This document shows, one piece after another, positions 37,562-53,336 of a stretch of DNA of 64,000 bases. Within the stretch, counting starts at the first letter, position 1; every line of letters starts with the position of its first letter. Source of the stretch: Octopus sinensis (Eukaryota). The position numbers were made by a program, and so were the translations under genes. The stretch is from positions 50,902,001 through 50,966,000 of the forward strand of contig NC_043014.1 of assembly GCF_006345805.1 (NCBI RefSeq), read 5' to 3'. Under the pieces are notes generated by a model that was given only the letters and a program-made list of their open reading frames with translations, did no database searches and had not been told where the DNA came from.

Positions 37562-39292
37562 GATGAAATGTATATATATATACATATATATACATAGATA
37601 GATAGACAGATAGATTGATAGTTAGATAGATAGATAAATAGATAGATGTATAAAATAATTTACTACAATTACCTTCACTTGTGCGTTGCCCAGTGTTAGG
37701 AACAAAATATCTCGATTTCTATGAAGGCTAACGTCGGACATTGTATTTCCCAGAATACTTTTTCAATCTCGTAAATTTAACTTCTTATAAAGCGTGTAAA
37801 TCCTGTTTCTGTAGTACAGTGCAGTAGCTGTCAATCATGGAGTACTTTACATCTTTCAAAACGTTCTATTCTGTAAATCGTATATAAAACTCTATCAAAA
37901 TTCTACTCAATACTTCGTGATTCGAAATTCTGTAATGCCTTGTATATACTTTATTCTAATAATTCTCAATCCAAGTATCCTAATATGTAATAAGTTCATA
38001 GCTCTCAATCTTTTTCACGCCTGTATAATATACCATATTCAGATAATGTATTGCTAGAGATATAAAAATAACAATTTAAATTTCGTGTATGTCCAATATA
38101 TTTAAATGTTTGACCAGAGTATACAAATATCATAATATATAAGTAAATATTTACAATATATGTATATACATACATACACACACACATATATATATATACG
38201 CACATGAGTAAGCACATAAATGCGAAAGAAGGTGGAAAAATAGTACTCGAATACTGAAGGTAGAGTAATATGCTTCTTTTTTTTATTAAAGCTGCAAAAT
38301 ACATCATTCTACTGAGGAGTCAATCATCGGATTTGCGTGAATACTTCAGCTGGTAATTTATAAGCATAGCTAGGTTGACCATGATCGAAAAAACAGGAAA
38401 TAGTATGTCGAGGAATCGTAGAATAGTCGATCGGAAAATGACTACATATAATATCTATATGTATTGGTGGCGCTGTGATATTAAACGCCATGGTCAGATA
38501 TGTGTTAATATGAAAGCAGTTGGTGCTGGTTCAATTCGATCCTCATGTACAGGCGTCAAATGCCCCTCTTCTCTGAATACCGTGTCTAATTCCACACCGA
38601 ACTCACATAGATATGGCTAACTTCGCATACATATTTAAAATATCTTTCAGATACAAAGTATTCTTTATAAATATTTGAATTGAATAATTCAGTAGACTGC
38701 TGCACTAGTTATCTACTGGAGGTGTTTCTATTGATTTATCTCCATTTAGAATACAGAAGAAAAAAGAAAAAAAACCCGTAAAAAGCAACAACACAACTTA
38801 GTAAAAAAAACGATCAATACCAGAAGATAAAATATTTTTAGAAAAAGCGTATTTATTTTGACAGGTGTGATAGAGAGAAAATATCTATAAGGTATCACAA
38901 TTATTTTAATTATTTCAGTTGCCTTATCTTTATTTTGAGATTTCGCTGTACAACCAAACGCAGGTCTCTAAGTTTTAGATACACAGAAATGTATTTTTTT
39001 AGTGTCTGCTCTATTAAACTGGAAGTGATTTGCATAATTTATGCAAATTGCCAAGCAGATGTTGTTTCATTTTATAGTATATATGCATATGTCCCAGAAT
39101 CTTTGTAATGCATCTGTCTGTATCTTTACAGAATTTATCCCGCGACACACTGTTTCAAGATTGGCTCCGTTCTCTTTATCTTTGCTACCAGACATTTTTA
39201 TTTTTTTGTTTTTATCTGTCAACTCTTAACGAAATTCTTTATTATCTGTTTGGGACTGATGTATACATCAACAAAATACTCAATCCCAAGTT

Positions 39293-39775
39293 TTATCTTC
39301 TTCTTCTCCTTCTTCCTCTTCTTCTTCTCCTTCTTCCTTTTCTTCTTCTTTTTCTCCTCCTCTTTCTTCTTCTTCTTCTTCTTCTTCTTCTCATCCTCCT
39401 CCTCTTCCTTCTTCATCTTCTTCTTCTCCTCCTCCTCCTCCTCCTCTTTCTTCTTCTTTTTCTTTTTCTTCTTCCTTTTCTTCTTCTTCTTCTACTGCTT
39501 CTCCTCCTCCTCCTCCTCCTTCTTCTTCTTCTTTTTCTCCTTCTTCTTCTGCTTCTTCTTCTTCTCCTCCTTCTTCTCCTCCTCCTCCTCCTCCTCCTCC
39601 TCCTCCTTCTTCTTCTTCTTCTTCTTCTCCTCCTCCTTCTTCTTCTTTTCTTCTTCTTCTTCTTCTTCTTCTTCTTTTTCTTCTTCTCCACCCCCTCCTC
39701 CTCCTCCTCTTCTTCTTCTTTTCTTCTTCTTTTCTTCTTCTTTTTCTTTTTCTTCTTCCTTTTCTTTCTTTTTCG
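39293..39775. repeat. ~480-bp (CTT/CCT)n polypyrimidine tract
   Basis: Direct reading; almost purely pyrimidine on the + strand. Confidence 0.95.
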
Positions 39776-39844
39776 AAAACTTCCGCTTATATGCCACTCA
39801 ATTACATTGACCGCACTGTTTCAGTGGTTCTTAATTTATGGATC

Positions 39845-39962
39845 CTAAAAAGATGAAAGACAAAGACGACCTCGGTGGAATTTGAACTCAGAACGAAGCG
39901 AGGGGGTGAAATACCGCTATGCATTTTGTCAGCGTGCTAACGATTCAGAGAGCTCGCTACCT
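39845..39962 (-). mobile_element. SINE family B, head portion
   Basis: gatgaaagacaaagacgacctcggtggaatttgaactcagaacg...gtgctaacgattc. Confidence 0.8.
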
Positions 39963-40499
39963 TAACAACAACAACAAAAACAACAACAACAATAGAGTAA
40001 TAATACGTATGTAAGCTCAGAAAATATAAATATATACTGATCGAAATTGAAAAAAATGTGGCATCTCAAGGTGGTTAAAATACCAATGTTTGCAGGAGTA
40101 CTTGGAATGAGGAAAAAAAAGGAACTGAAAATTATTCGAGATTAATCCCTGGCTTACCATCCATGCAGGAATTGCAACAGCTTGTCTCAGCTGGTACCTC
40201 ACACGGACCGAAAAGAGTATTGTCACTGTTAAGTTTTCTCTTTTTATTTCCTCCTTATTTTCTTTGTTTACTTATTTTTCATTTTCTTTTTTCCTTTCTC
40301 TCTCTCGCTCTCTCCCTCTTTCTTTCACCGTTTCTACCAATGTATACAGTGAGTTTCGATGCCCTAGGTGTCAGGAAGACACTCGGCAAGAAATAGTAAA
40401 AAAACAGAATTTGATTTTCTATAATTTTCAATTTCTATGCACTACATTATTTACATTATTTACATGTGACGGATATTTGTCCTCATCTTGTTTGTTGTT

Positions 40500-40545
40500 A
40501 ACACAAAGTTTCAGCTGATATACCCTCCAGGCTTCATCAGGTGGC
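40500..40545 (-). ncRNA. Degenerate minimal hammerhead motif
   Basis: CAC-CUGAUGA-AGCCUG(GAGGGUAUAU)CAGCU-GAAAC-UUU-GUG; intact core, cleavage-site G apparently lost. The adjacent segment 40441-40490 is repeated at ~30422-30471. Confidence 0.5.
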
Positions 40546-40720
40546 TTGGAGAAATTTCGAATGAGTTATTTAAACGATTCCGAAAGTTGGCCTTTTTTTT
40601 ACTTGGACCACCAAGCAGATATTGCTGTACATTGCAGCCATCCAGCTTTTGAGAACGGAACCGAGACCCGTTGTCGCGAGAACAGCTTCCATCTATTGGT
40701 AATAAGCAATAATAATGATA

Positions 40721-41412
40721 ACAGAAGATCAAAGCCTTCTCATCAGAAATCATAAAAAACACATAGTGAAAAGAATGTAACTTGAGAATATGAGGTGATT
40801 GTCTCTGGCTGCCCAGTCCTGGCTAAGAAGGAGTATATACACAGACACGACAGTGTTGGGATCTATATACGTTGGAAGCTATGCCTTCACTCTGGAATAA
40901 TAACAGAAAAAAGATGGTATAGGCAAACCCCAGAAAAGGTCAGAGAAAACGAGAAAGCAACCATTCTTTGGGATATGCTAATACATACAAGCAGAGAAAT
41001 TAGGCCGGATATAGTTGTTAGAGATCACGAAGAAGAAAAATGCTTTCTAATCGATGTAACAATGTCAACAGACGACAGTTTCTCTAAATGAAACAGAGAA
41101 ACATTCAAGATACAAACATCTGGAAATAAAGTTAAATCGAATGTAGTGCCTAAACACAGAAACAATTCGTATTATTGTAGGCGCATTAGGTATGATAAAA
41201 AGATTGAGACAAATATATAACCAAAACGACATGACTTACAAGTAAATATAATATACAGAAATGGCACTACTAGGCACCGCATACATCCTGCATAAAACAC
41301 TTTCAATTTCGTGAAAATAAAAGCACCACGACAAACCATAGAACACACCCAATGTACACGGATCTGCGCTCGCTGGTGCATTGAATGTACGTGATAAAAA
41401 TAAGACTACTGA
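40721..41412 (+). mobile_element. Older 3' fragment of the same Dong subfamily as 6288-8620
   Basis: IVSGCPVLAKKEYIHRHDSVG...RPDIVVRDHEEEKCFLIDV; 3' UTR ends ctactga; preceded by aataataatgata and followed by a trinucleotide array. Confidence 0.9.
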
Positions 41413-41508
41413 ATACTACTACTACTACTACTTCTTCTTCTACTACTACTACTAATAATAATGATAATAATAACGACGATGATGATAATGATAATAATAA
41501 CAACAACA

Positions 41509-41540
<32 letters not shown>

Positions 41541-41575
41541 GCAACAACAACACAACAATAATAATAATAATAATA

Positions 41576-41629
<54 letters not shown>

Positions 41630-41630
41630 T
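41413..41630. repeat. Compound trinucleotide array TAC>TTC>TAA>GAT>CAA>CAC>TAA
   Basis: Direct reading. Confidence 0.9.
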
Positions 41631-42194
41631 CCATAGCAATACTAATCTTAAATGGACATCATTGTTAAATGATTGTTAAAAAAAATAACTTTCTATATGC
41701 GAACATTGCTGCAACGACATCATTAACAATGAAAACGCGAACTCTGATAATGTTATCAAAGACAGCGAATGCAAAGTGCAGTGAATTATGCAAGTACATT
41801 TGAACGAATAATGGTGTCCATATATACATTTTGCTATAAGACTATTGGACAAAATAAAAGTAGTACACCTCGTATCATATGATAAGCACTTAGCAGCGAA
41901 TGTAATTATGAAGGACATTTTGAGATGGGATGAAAAAGGATGCGTCTGTGTGTCTACCTATCGAAATATAAGTGTGTGTATATTCTTGAGATCAAGACAT
42001 CAGTATGAAAAAATATCTTAAAATTTATGTGTGAAGAAGAAATCAAGAAATATGTAGAATAAAGATTGGAAAACAATATCTCACTGCCTGCCATAGAAGG
42101 AAGAAATGTGCTTATCATAAAAGTAAAATAAGTGCTATGGTGATGTGAATGCGATTGTCGTAAGGCTATTGGAAATTATCAGAATTTCGAGTGA

Positions 42195-42572
42195 ATTAGC
42201 TTGATAAAAACTTATCCCATGATTTCGAAATTTGATCAATCAATAAGATCTTGTTTCTCATCAAAGCTTTCCGCGAATACACCGGGTTAAAGAGAAAGAC
42301 TGCCTCCCATTAATTGATGAGAAAAAAAGCCGTTGAAAATCGAGCATTGACCTCATGAAATAATCGGGACTGCGCGAAGCAAACCACAACCTTTTTTTTT
42401 CTATACACTTTAACTGATTTCGATTTTAGCGTCGGCTTTACAACGTTTTTTCCTCATGAACTAATGGGAGGCAGGCTTTCTCTTTAATCAGGGGTAATTG
42501 TGGAAACCGCTGATGAGAAACAAGATCATATTGATCAAATTACGAAATCACGTGAAAAGGTTTTATCAAACT
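42195..42572. mobile_element. Decayed foldback/MITE with ~130-bp inverted arms
   Basis: ttgataaaa...gatttcgaaatttgatcaat..agatcttgtttctcatca...taaagagaaagactgcctcccatta mirrors taatgggaggcaggctttctcttta...tgatgagaaacaagatc..attgatcaaattacgaaatc...ttttatcaa. Confidence 0.8.
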
Positions 42573-43173
42573 ACTTCCTTCTATGAATTTATCTCACCAA
42601 AGAAAGATGTGGCTTGCTTACTCGTAGACCCGATCATTTCATGATGTTAGTGCTTTTGTGTGGCTGTTCGAGTTAAATTTTAGCTCTCAGGTTTAGCAAT
42701 TTCAGGTCCTATTTTTCACCCTAATTTACATACATATACATATATAAATTAAAAGCCAGAAAATGGAGAAGTAGCGTTAATATAATTTATTAACTGCAAA
42801 ATTCAGCATATTCACTTACAGCTGTTTCGATTTTGCTAAAAGAATTAAATTCCAGTAATTAAAACATTTGATTGTGCAAAATATCGTGAGAGGAGTAAAG
42901 AAGACATATCGTTTATTTATTAGATGTTATTCTTCCAAAACATTTCAACTGACGCAGCAGTCTGTTTATAAAGCAAGATCTATATTTAAACCTATTGTTT
43001 TAGGATTATTACTATTCACAAGAAAATAATAGATAAGAAACCAGTTATTCATTGCATATTTTCTATCCCTTAAAGAGGCGTTTTAAGCCTATATATATGT
43101 GTGTGTGCATATGTACGTACGTACGTATGTTGCATGTATGTATATATATGTATGTATGTATGTGTATATATAT

Positions 43174-43231
<58 letters not shown>

Positions 43232-43235
<4 letters not shown>

Positions 43236-43350
43236 GAAAGGACAAAGACAGGTTTATAAACAACAAACAGGTGTATTAGGTTAATGCTCAGGAAGGTGAA
43301 GAAGTCTTTTACGTTTCCAGCCTACGCTCTTCAACAGAAGAGAACACGAA
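43232..43350 (-). mobile_element. Penelope-type terminal segment with a degenerate hammerhead (43305-43342)
   Basis: CUGUUGA-A-GAGC GUAG GCUG-GAAAC-GUA-AAAG; homologous to 10171-10347; abuts (TA)n. Confidence 0.55.
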
Positions 43351-43890
43351 GAAATCTCTGAATTTGGTGTATGTTACCTTCGCTTAAATCTCATCTTTCT
43401 GAAGTTTTTAAATAATATATGATTCTGTCAGCCTCAATATATCCTTTCATCAACAGCGAAATCTCTGTTGCGTTCAATCTACTTTACACTGTGGACGATT
43501 GCAAATGTCTGTAACCTGTTATTTAAGAATGAATAAATGCTTGATATTTGTTCTTCACTCGTTTATAATTGTTCTTATTTTATCTTCTGTCCATAGTCTG
43601 GAAATCTCTCGTCACACACCTGTGAACACTTTAGCGACTCTTACATCCCACGTTCATGCTCTTGTTCTCCTAAATACATTCTCCAGGCAATAGACGTAAG
43701 ATAAAACAAGTACAATAACAAACGAGTGAAGAACGAAGATATAGCGAACGCTTTTATTTGGTAAAATAATAAAAGTGACCATCCCGAAATATAACAATAC
43801 TTCTTTGAACAGACAATTTCAGACAATAAGGAATCTTGCAAAACAAATTCATCGACGTGTGTATATATGTGTATATGTGTATATGTGTAT

Positions 43891-43991
<101 letters not shown>

Positions 43992-44079
43992 GTGTGTGTA
44001 TATCTACATGTATGTATATGTATGTATGTAGGTAGGTAGGTATGAACTTATAAAAAATATATGCAGGAAAATCTTTTAT

Positions 44080-44447
44080 ATTTTACTTGCTTCAGTCATT
44101 AGACTGCGACCATACTGGGACACCGTCTTGAATTTTTAGTCGAATGAATCGACACCTGGTTCTTTTACCGAACCACTAAGTTACGCGGGCGTAAACACAC
44201 CAACACCGGTTGCGAAGCGGTGATGAGAGGGACAAGCACAGACACAAAGGCACACACACACACACTCACATAAGTATATATATATGACGGGCTTCATTCA
44301 CTTTCCACATACCAAATCTACTCACAAAGGTTTGGTCGACCCTCGACTATAGTAAAAGACCCTTTGGCTAGGTGCCACGCAGTAGGACTGAACCCAGAAA
44401 CATGTGGTTGGGAAGCAAGCTTCTTACCACACAGCCACCCTTGCGCA
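44080..44447 (-). mobile_element. SINE family A, diverged
   Basis: ttttacttgcttcagtcattagactgcg...ttaccacacagccacccttgcgc. Confidence 0.85.
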
Positions 44448-44453
44448 TAAATA

Positions 44454-44825
44454 TCGGGTCATGAAAAAAGAAATGACCGATTCTCTTATGCACCAAGTTT
44501 CATAGTCTTTAACTCTAATGTTTTATCCAGACTATTCTTTGTTTTACATCTTTGAGTTACATCATTTTCCGAAATGCAATTCATGGCGTCGGATTATATT
44601 GTGTGTTTTATCTCGTAAACCAATTGTTATGAAACCTTGTATAGATATAAAAGTTCGTGCTGTTTATGAATATGAGTTCCGTCGCGGAACCTATGTTTCC
44701 CAGAGAGCTCGAAACATCAATGGGATGTTTGATGAAAATGCTGCGAATCGGCGCACTGTACTCTGATGGTTTGAGAAGTTCCGGTCTGCAAAAGGGTATC
44801 TGCAAAAGGGTGGTTGGTGGCCCAA
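44454..44825 (+). mobile_element. Mariner transposon 5' remnant (putative left TIR and HTH region of the transposase, in-frame stop)
   Basis: ATG 44629: MKPCIDIKVRAVYEYEFRRGTYVSQRARNINGMFDENAANRRTVL*WFEKFRS matches the mariner N-terminal pattern (yEF..G.....ARNIN..f.e..aN.RTV..WF.KFR); TA followed by tcgggtcatgaaaaaag at 44452 may be the TIR. Confidence 0.8.
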
Positions 44826-44924
44826 ACTTCCTGTCCTGTTATAGGGCTTAGAAAAAACCCCGAAGGACAGCTGAAATAAGTGTGTCAATCCGAGAGGGGA
44901 ATATATTGATTGAAATTACAATTA

Positions 44925-45090
44925 ATAGGCGCAGGAGTGGCTGTGTGGTAAGTAGATTGTTTACCAACCACATTGTTCCCGGTTCAGTCCCACTGCGCGG
45001 CACCATGGGCAAGTGTCTTCTACTATAGCCTCGGGCTGACCAATGCCTTGTGAGTGGATTTGGTAGACGGAAACTGAAAGAAGCCTGTCG

Positions 45091-45151
<61 letters not shown>

Positions 45152-45380
45152 TGTGAGTGTTTGTGTGTCTGTGTTCTTCCCCCTAGCATTGCTTGACAAC
45201 CGATGCTGGTGTTTTTATGTCCCCGTTACTTAGCGGCTCGGCAAAAGAGACACATAGAATAAGTACTGGGCTTACAAAAGTATAAGTCCCGGGGTCGAGT
45301 TGCTCGATTAAAGGCGGTGCTCCAGCGTGGCCGCAGTCAAATGACTGAAACAAGTAAAAGAGTAAAAGAGTAAAAAGAGA
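44925..45380 (+). mobile_element. SINE family A, full length, sense orientation
   Basis: A box TGGCTGTGTGG 44938-44948, B box GGTTCAGTCCC 44981-44991, internal (TA)n, tail (AAAAGAGT)n. Confidence 0.92.
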
Positions 45381-46399
45381 GTACTTGATCCTCCTCTATT
45401 TTCTTTCACCTAAAGCTAAGAACTTTTCAGCCCCCACTCGTATATCTAATTATATACAGATGCGCTATGCGCCGGCTAATATATACATTTGCTATGCGCT
45501 TCGTCAGTCAACACAAAGCGAAGTAAATTCCCTTGTAGTAAATTCTCTTGTACTTGGAGTCGAATACAACGACTTTATATATACAATGTACTTTAGCTAC
45601 CTTCTGTCAATTTAAATTTCGTTTCTACTATTATTGAATTATCCGCTATATTTACATTTTTTAAACTTTCTTTCCAATTTGTAAATTCGATATCTTTTAA
45701 TTAGTTCTACCGTCTTAAATATTCATCTCGTCACGCGAAAAATTCTTTATCAATTCCTTTTATTAATTTTGCATCCACTTTCTGATTATGTGATTAATTC
45801 AATTCATTTTATTTCATTTTTATGAATTTTACTATCAAGTGATTCTCTAAAATTAAGAAACCTAACTAAAGAAATCTGTTATTAACTTTAACGAGAAAAT
45901 AATCCGCTTAGAAGAAATATTAATATACTTTTTTAAGGATAACCGATGATAATGATTGTGATCAAATAACGTGGAGAAAAATATTAATTGCTTGGTCGAT
46001 TTTGTTCACAACAAAGTTTCGAGTGAGTGCGTGAGAAAACCTTACTTTTATTTAATTTGTTACCAAATTATTCTAACTTCTATGTGCGTTTCATAATATT
46101 TCATAACATTACCCATAAATTATGGTGCCATCTGTTGGCAGAAAAGACGCACGGAAATACGAAATGCACCTCTATAAGCCGGAGAGCTAGCAAATCATTA
46201 AGGATACCGGACAAAATACGTAGGCGTATTTTATCTTTCTTTCCAGACGAAATACATATTGTTATTTTACACCTGTGCGTAAATTATATCGTATATATTA
46301 TATACACCTTATATGACACGCAAATTTTATTTATATTTCATATATATTTTCTATGATACATATATTTATAAGTATATATATGTATGTAACACTTATCTA

Positions 46400-46760
<361 letters not shown>

Positions 46761-47326
46761 ATATGTATTATATATATATACATGCATACATTCGTAGCAT
46801 ATGAAATTATAAATATTTATACATAGACGTTTCCGTGTGGCGCGTGTGTGTGTGTGTGTGTGGATTTGATTTTAGAAACTTCAGCTCAAACTGTAATTTT
46901 AAAGATTAAATACAATTTGAGGTGTGCTAGGAAATCTATGAGAGATGATTGAGATTATCTTTTTTACATAACCCGATAAACTAATCGATCTAAACACATT
47001 GACACATAGCATGCCCATATATATATATATAGATATATATATATATATATATATCGGAGTTTCGTAGATTTTATATGATATCCCATTTTGGATAATAAAA
47101 AAAAATATTATCGATTGATGAAAGGAAAATATTTCAAGTTGAATATTTTTGAAAAATTGAGTTGTATATTTATTGGAAATTTGATGCTGTGTAGATGTGA
47201 TCAATTTTAAATTTTAATTTTTGATGTTCGATCTGTAAATGTGGGTTACTCTCTGTCTCTGTCTGTCTGTCTGTTGTCTGTCTTCTCCCTCCCTCTCTCT
47301 CTCTCCCACTCTTTCTGTATATATAT

Positions 47327-47360
<34 letters not shown>

Positions 47361-47369
47361 CATATTTTA

Positions 47370-47720
47370 TTTTTGACTTGTTAGACCACGGCTATGCTGG
47401 GGCAACATGATGAAGAATTTGTAGTCGAATGAATCGATCGCAGAACTTTTGTTAGTGTTAGACATTATTATCGATCTTTTGGTGAATTGTTAAGTGACGA
47501 CGAGGTAAAAACACCACCACCACCACCAGTTGTCAAGCGGTGATGGGTACACAGACAAAAAGACAGAGAGAGACACACATACACAAGTATACACATACAC
47601 ACACATACTCACTCACACATAAATATACATGGCAGGGTTCTTTCAATTTTCGTCTCCCAAATCCACTCATAAGGCGTTCGACGGCCAGAGGGTCAGGTAG
47701 AATACATTCGCCCAAGTGTA
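47370..47720 (-). mobile_element. SINE family A-related, strongly diverged
   Basis: gaccacggctatgctggggca...ggttctttcaattttcgtctcccaaatccactcataagg. Confidence 0.7.
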
Positions 47721-48037
47721 TATGTATATAAGTATATGTGTATGTGTGTGTGTGTATGTGTGTATGCATGTATATACATATGTATGAATTATAGTTCTAT
47801 ATATATGCGGAAATCGGTATTTGAGGTGTTCGTTAACAAAGACAAGTTCAACCTCAGTAGTATTGGAACTCTTAATGCATGCCAATACCAAAAGTATAGA
47901 AGAATACGTATTAAAATATGTGGTACATATTAAATATGGGTACAGTGGCACCTTGGACAAGTGTTTTCTACTATAACCTCGGGCCTACAACAGCCTTGTG
48001 AGTGGATTTGGTAGACGGAAACTGAAAGAAGCTCATC

Positions 48038-50050
<2,013 letters not shown>

Positions 50051-50130
50051 AGTCTTGTGTCTAGGAGGGTAACTTTCTAGGTGCAATCCCATGGCCATTC
50101 ATGACCGAAGGGGGTCTTTATATATATATA

Positions 50131-50168
<38 letters not shown>

Positions 50169-50445
50169 GCGTACGTACGTACATACATTCATATATAGGT
50201 ATGTATGTATAAAGAGAAATTAAGAGACGCATTTGGAGGGAGAGAGAGAGGAGGAAGAGTAAAACGAGAGAAGAGGAAAGAGCGAGAGAGATAGAGATAT
50301 TAAGGTATTTGCCCAAGTGGGGGAAATAGGGAGAAATAATGGGAAGACTATATATATTTCGATCGCGCCTCTGCTAAAGATTATGTATTCTTCAGTATAA
50401 TGCGAAATTGTTTTGATATATAACAATATAAAAGCAAGTATGAAA

Positions 50446-50484
<39 letters not shown>

Positions 50485-51327
50485 CACATTGCGGTCATAC
50501 TGGGGCATCGCCTTGAATTTTGTTATTGAAAGAAGGGGCCTCAGTGATTAATATTATTTTGACCCTCGTACTTAATCTATTGGTCGCTTTGGCCGAACTG
50601 CTAAATTATGTGAACGTAAAAAGACCAACACCGGTTGTCAAAGAGTGGTGATGGACAACACACCTAAAGACAGCATCGCGCATGCGCATTTGTATGTGTG
50701 TATTTTTGTGTGTGTGATGGAAGACTCTAAATTGCAAAATTTAGAAGACCAAGTGTGACATTCAGCATATTTATACAAAGATCTCGCGTAGGCACACTAC
50801 GCAGCGGCACAATGTCACACCACTCACAAATAAACGGAGTTAGATGGGAAAATGCTAGAGGATAAAAAAGTTGTAGAGACAGTAAAAATCCTTGCAAAAG
50901 ATGAAGCATTGAAGCCGTAATTATGTAGCAAAAATAAAGACGTAGAAATTGAACGTACATTATCAACATGTGACAACTGACATGAAGGCCTAACGGTGAA
51001 GGTTTTGTGCATAATAAGCAAATAAACATGTAGCTGGCGGCTAATACGCTGAGAGTAAACAAAAACTTTGAAGAAGAGCTTCTATGAATTCATCCAGTAT
51101 CTAAGAAACAACACAAATGCTAAAGTATTACATTCTTGGAATCACGACTGTGAAGCTCTAGAAACGTCAAATAAGAAATAACGAAACTGTTACAAACTAT
51201 TTGTAGAATTAATAATATTGTATAAATAATCTAAGAGAAATTTGAAACCAATCCCACACGTCTATTTACTAATACACACATGTACATATATGTATATACA
51301 TGCAAAGAGAGAGACGCACACACATAT

Positions 51328-51366
<39 letters not shown>

Positions 51367-52285
51367 TATATGTGCACTGGATTTACCTCCCAGTAATTTC
51401 TCGCAATCAAAGCAGAAGCTATTGTCGCTGCAAGCCCAGAGGATACATTAGCAAATATTCATCACTGTGGCTTCAAATAATACTTCATGACTGCACACAA
51501 TATGATTTCAAACTGATAGTTCAATCACATGAGACAGCGTTGTTTAATCGTATAGAAACCCTGTTTGCTTCCGATTATTGAATTGCTCTCATCCCTCGGT
51601 ACATATTTACAGTTACTTGAACATACACAGATCTGACGTGTATTTTGCTATAGACATTCGTTTCTGTTAACAATGCAACCCAAAACGAGCCTGTGGCTGT
51701 CTGTCAGATATCCTCTCGTGAGGCCATCTGAGACTTGCATGACAATCAGTGGTCGTTTAAGAGTAAAACAATTAAATTTATTTAAGTTCCCAAACAAGAA
51801 AATACAGTTGGAAATTTGAACAATTGCCCCTTGATTAAACAACAGAAATAGGCGTATTTAACAATATTTACACAGCAACGAAGATTTCATAAAGCGGTAA
51901 AGAATCTAAATAAGTTGAGAAGGATTCGGACATATTCCAGTAAATTATCGAATTCCTAGAGGGAAAAATGTGTCTCTTTCATTCTGTTAAAATAAAATTT
52001 CTGCTGCATTAATTTGGTTATTATTATAAATTTATTAGAATTATAGAAATATCAGTAAGTATACAGGATTAAGAAGTTAATTTTTCCTGCTAAATACACG
52101 TAGGCTTTGGTGAATGTGTTTACAAGTTCAATATATATGTATACTTTGTTTTAATGCGTTCAATCATTGAATCTTCCAAACTAGAGAAAGGAAATTTGAA
52201 GGATTTCTCCAGACGATTCTACAAACCTCACTGTTTCTATCCCTCTCTCAATTATTGAACCGGTATCAATGAATTGGATGATATT

Positions 52286-52328
<43 letters not shown>

Positions 52329-52357
52329 TATATATATAATATATATATATATATATA

Positions 52358-52417
<60 letters not shown>

Positions 52418-52493
52418 TATATATATACATATACATAATATATATACATATGTGTGTTTGTATGTGTGTGTGTGTGTCTGACTGTCTGTCTCC

Positions 52494-52530
52494 TGTTTCT
52501 GAAGAAGAGCTTTACTCGAAACATAAAACA
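52494..52530 (+). ncRNA. Minimal type-I hammerhead ribozyme motif
   Basis: UGUUU-CUGAAGA-A-GAG CUUUA CUC-GAAAC-AUA-AAACA; perfect 5-bp stem I; AUA could derive from GUA by CpG decay. Confidence 0.65.
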
Positions 52531-52664
52531 ATCACTGTGTTTCCTTCTCTGAGTGCCTTATCAATACTTTGCATGTATCAAAGTACTCGAGTTGATGTTT
52601 TCTCTTTGTCTTTTTTCTTTGTATTTTTTTAATAATTATATTTATATTTTTCTTTCATTTGTTA

Positions 52665-52982
52665 CTTCTTTTAATCCTTTGACTGCGGCCATGCTGCAGT
52701 ACCGTATTTAGTAGAACACATCCACTCCAGGACTTATTCTTTGTAAGCCTAGAACTTATTCCATCGTTACTTTTGCCGAACCGCTAAGTTACGGGGTCGT
52801 AAACACGCCAACATTGGCTCTCAAGCGATAGTGGGCTACAAAGACACACAAATACATATTTACATACATGATACAAACATACATACATACATACATGCAT
52901 GCATACATACATACATACATACATACATGCATACATACATACATATATATATATATATAGCAAAGCAACTACTGCGCCTACA
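52665..52982 (-). mobile_element. SINE family A with internal deletion
   Basis: Tail half intact, then microsatellite, then only gcaactactgcgcctac of the head. Confidence 0.8.
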
Positions 52983-53336
52983 TATATGTGCATGTATAAA
53001 TATATATATATGTGTGTATGTGTGTGTGGGTGTGGGTGTGTGTTTGTGTGTGTGTGTGTTTGTGCGTGTGTGTGTTTGTGCGTGTGTTTGTGCGTGTGTG
53101 TGGGGAACCTACAATCTTTTACGCTAATAAACTATATTGAAAGTAAAAGAGTAAAAGAGTATACTTAAAATAAAATATGATTAAACACATCTATCTACCC
53201 TATATTAGAATTGTGGTCACTCATGATGTGTTAGAAAAATTGTTAGCCTAATAACAGTTGTAATTCACTTAGAATATTAAGATGGCTCAAAATGTTCATA
53301 TGGCATACGAAGCAGATTGACCGATAAATATAGTGG

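Noticed and set aside
42508-42525. CTGATGA-GAAAC
   Set aside because: No room for stem II; it is part of a foldback arm.
50043-50062. Palindrome agacacaag-t-cttgtgtct at the duplication edge
   Set aside because: Too short to distinguish from chance in this context; no second copy in the window.
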